Assembly (NCBI RefSeq): GCF_001194135.2
Contig: NC_068998.1
Location: forward strand, 19,237,296-19,301,295
Source: Octopus bimaculoides
Lineage: Eukaryota
Length of the DNA: 64,000 nt
Reading direction: 5' to 3'
Position 1 is the first letter of the stretch, and each line of letters begins with the position of its first letter. Below, one piece after another: positions 62,325 to 64,000 of the stretch. The notes beneath the pieces were generated by a model, which worked only from the letters and a program-made list of their open reading frames with translations, was not told where the DNA came from and did no database searches. A program made the translations under genes and the position numbers.

Positions 62325-64000
62325 GTACACACACTCATATATACATATATGTACACACACATATATATATATACAAACATACAGATACATGAGTGTATGT
62401 ATATATATATATATACATACACAAACATATGTATATAGATGAGTGTGTATGGTGTGTGTGTACATGTGTGTGTATACACACACATATTATACATATATGT
62501 ATATATTATATACATACATATCATCATCATTTAATATCCACATTCCATGCTGGCATAGGCTGGACATTTTGACAGGCTGAGTCAGGCCTGAAGATTGCAT
62601 TGTGTATCAATGTCTGTTTTGGCATAGTTTCTATTGTTGGATGTCCTTTCAAATGCCAACCACTTGGGTGCTTTTTCATATTACTAATGCTAGTGAGGTC
62701 ACCATGTATGCTGAAAGTTCAAGATCCTGTTTGACTGAGTGGAGCCACAACAGAGAGGGAAGTGACTTTATGCTATGTGCTGAAGGGTGAAAGGGAGAAG
62801 TGTGTAGAAGTTGAGTAGGACTTGAGAATAATAAAATGTGTGGTTGGGTAGAGATTGAAAAGTGTATAGGAAAGTGAGAAATAGGAAATGGGTGAGAGTG
62901 AATATTATGAAGAACATGAATTGAGTGATAAGTAGGTGGAGGTAGGGAAGAGTGAAGTGTAATTGACAACTGAAGAAATTAGGTAAAGTTGAGGGGGTAA
63001 GGAGGAGGAACGAGAAAAGAGAGTAGAGAATGATACTACTAATAATAATAATAGTAAAGTAGACAAAGGAAGAAAAAGAGAGATGGATGAAAAGGAGAGA
63101 GGGAGACATTTGATAAGGTAAATTGTAAGAGGAGGGGGTGGGGCAGATATAGTGAATGGGGGAAGGTGATCAATGTAAAAAGTGGGTAAAGACAGTATTA
63201 TAAATGACAGATAACAGTGAAATGCTAAAATGTGCAGTTCTGATAATATTTAATTACAGTAGCAGAATAGTGCAATTAAAGCAATGATGGTAGTGGGAAT
63301 ATCTTGAAGAGGAATTCAAGAGTAGAAGGAGAAACTTCTCTTAGACATATGTAACAACACATTTTCAGCTGTGAATGGCATCATTGGATTGTACAATGCA
63401 TGTGTTTCTGTGTCTTTTTGCTTCACCAGCTACAAATTTTCTCTTGTACTATTTCCATAGCAGCAGGTCTTCTCAAGTCCAAATGCACTTGAATATGTTA
63501 AATATGATTTTACATGAACATATTCTACTCAATGCTGCTTCGTGAAGCATAATTTAATTCTAGCTTAACCAAGCTTTATGCACATCAACAAACTTATAGT
63601 GTGCTGTTTTAATAAGACTATTTTCCTTCTTATGGAGCTGTAACAGATTTGGTTTTTGTAGCTGACAAAGCAAACAGAAGCAGAAAGGTATGCATCCTAC
63701 AAATCAGATGTTTTTACATATTATACATACATACACACACACATACATAGTCCCACCCATGCTAGCATGAAAGATGGAAACGATGATGATGATACACACA
63801 CACACACACATATGCAAACACACAGACATTTCCTTAAGCCATGTTTGAACTCAGAATCATTATTTTGAAATGCAGAATTCCAGCATTCTTAACCACAAAC
63901 TTTATAGCTCTTCAATTGATTCAATAATGAGAACCAGGTGGCTTCAATGAGTGTTTTCTTTTTCTTTTTTTTTACATAAAATATTCCACAAAATAATCAA

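Noticed and set aside
62760-63240. Strongly purine-rich tract (also about 15700-16130)
   Set aside because: It is low-complexity or heavily decayed retroelement sequence with no assignable motif or regular G-quadruplex pattern.

Overview
AT-rich, microsatellite- and SINE-dense animal genomic DNA with several N gaps. The repeat families look like those of Octopus; this is recognition from memory, not a database result. No prokaryotic features, CRISPR, rRNA or true tRNA were seen. The main gene is HBS1L (HBS1-like translational GTPase) on the + strand. I assembled 11 phase-compatible GT-AG coding exons by hand (19369-41916, about 564 aa from the linker through the G domain and domains II/III), plus a probable tiny last exon (43746-43766). 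Its 5' exons lie upstream of the window or were not recognised. On the - strand, two micro-exons missed by the ORF track (58026-58077, 52603-52655) splice in frame to a KTI12-like peptide, convergent with HBS1L. The rest is transposon-derived: RTE and CR1-like LINE remnants, two dominant tRNA-derived SINE families (one stacked into head-to-tail arrays), Helitron, mariner, Tigger-like, hAT and piggyBac-type elements. The most notable oddities are: a near-perfect 52-bp intronic hairpin; an RTE insertion flanked by a ~280-bp duplication; an RTE remnant with twin-priming (5'-inversion) geometry; a covarying 3' stem-loop shared by a CR1-like LINE and the main SINE; a PHD-type finger inside an RTE ORF2; and a nested piggyBac MITE with a CTAA target duplication. 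I found no clearly new biological system; these are candidates for follow-up.
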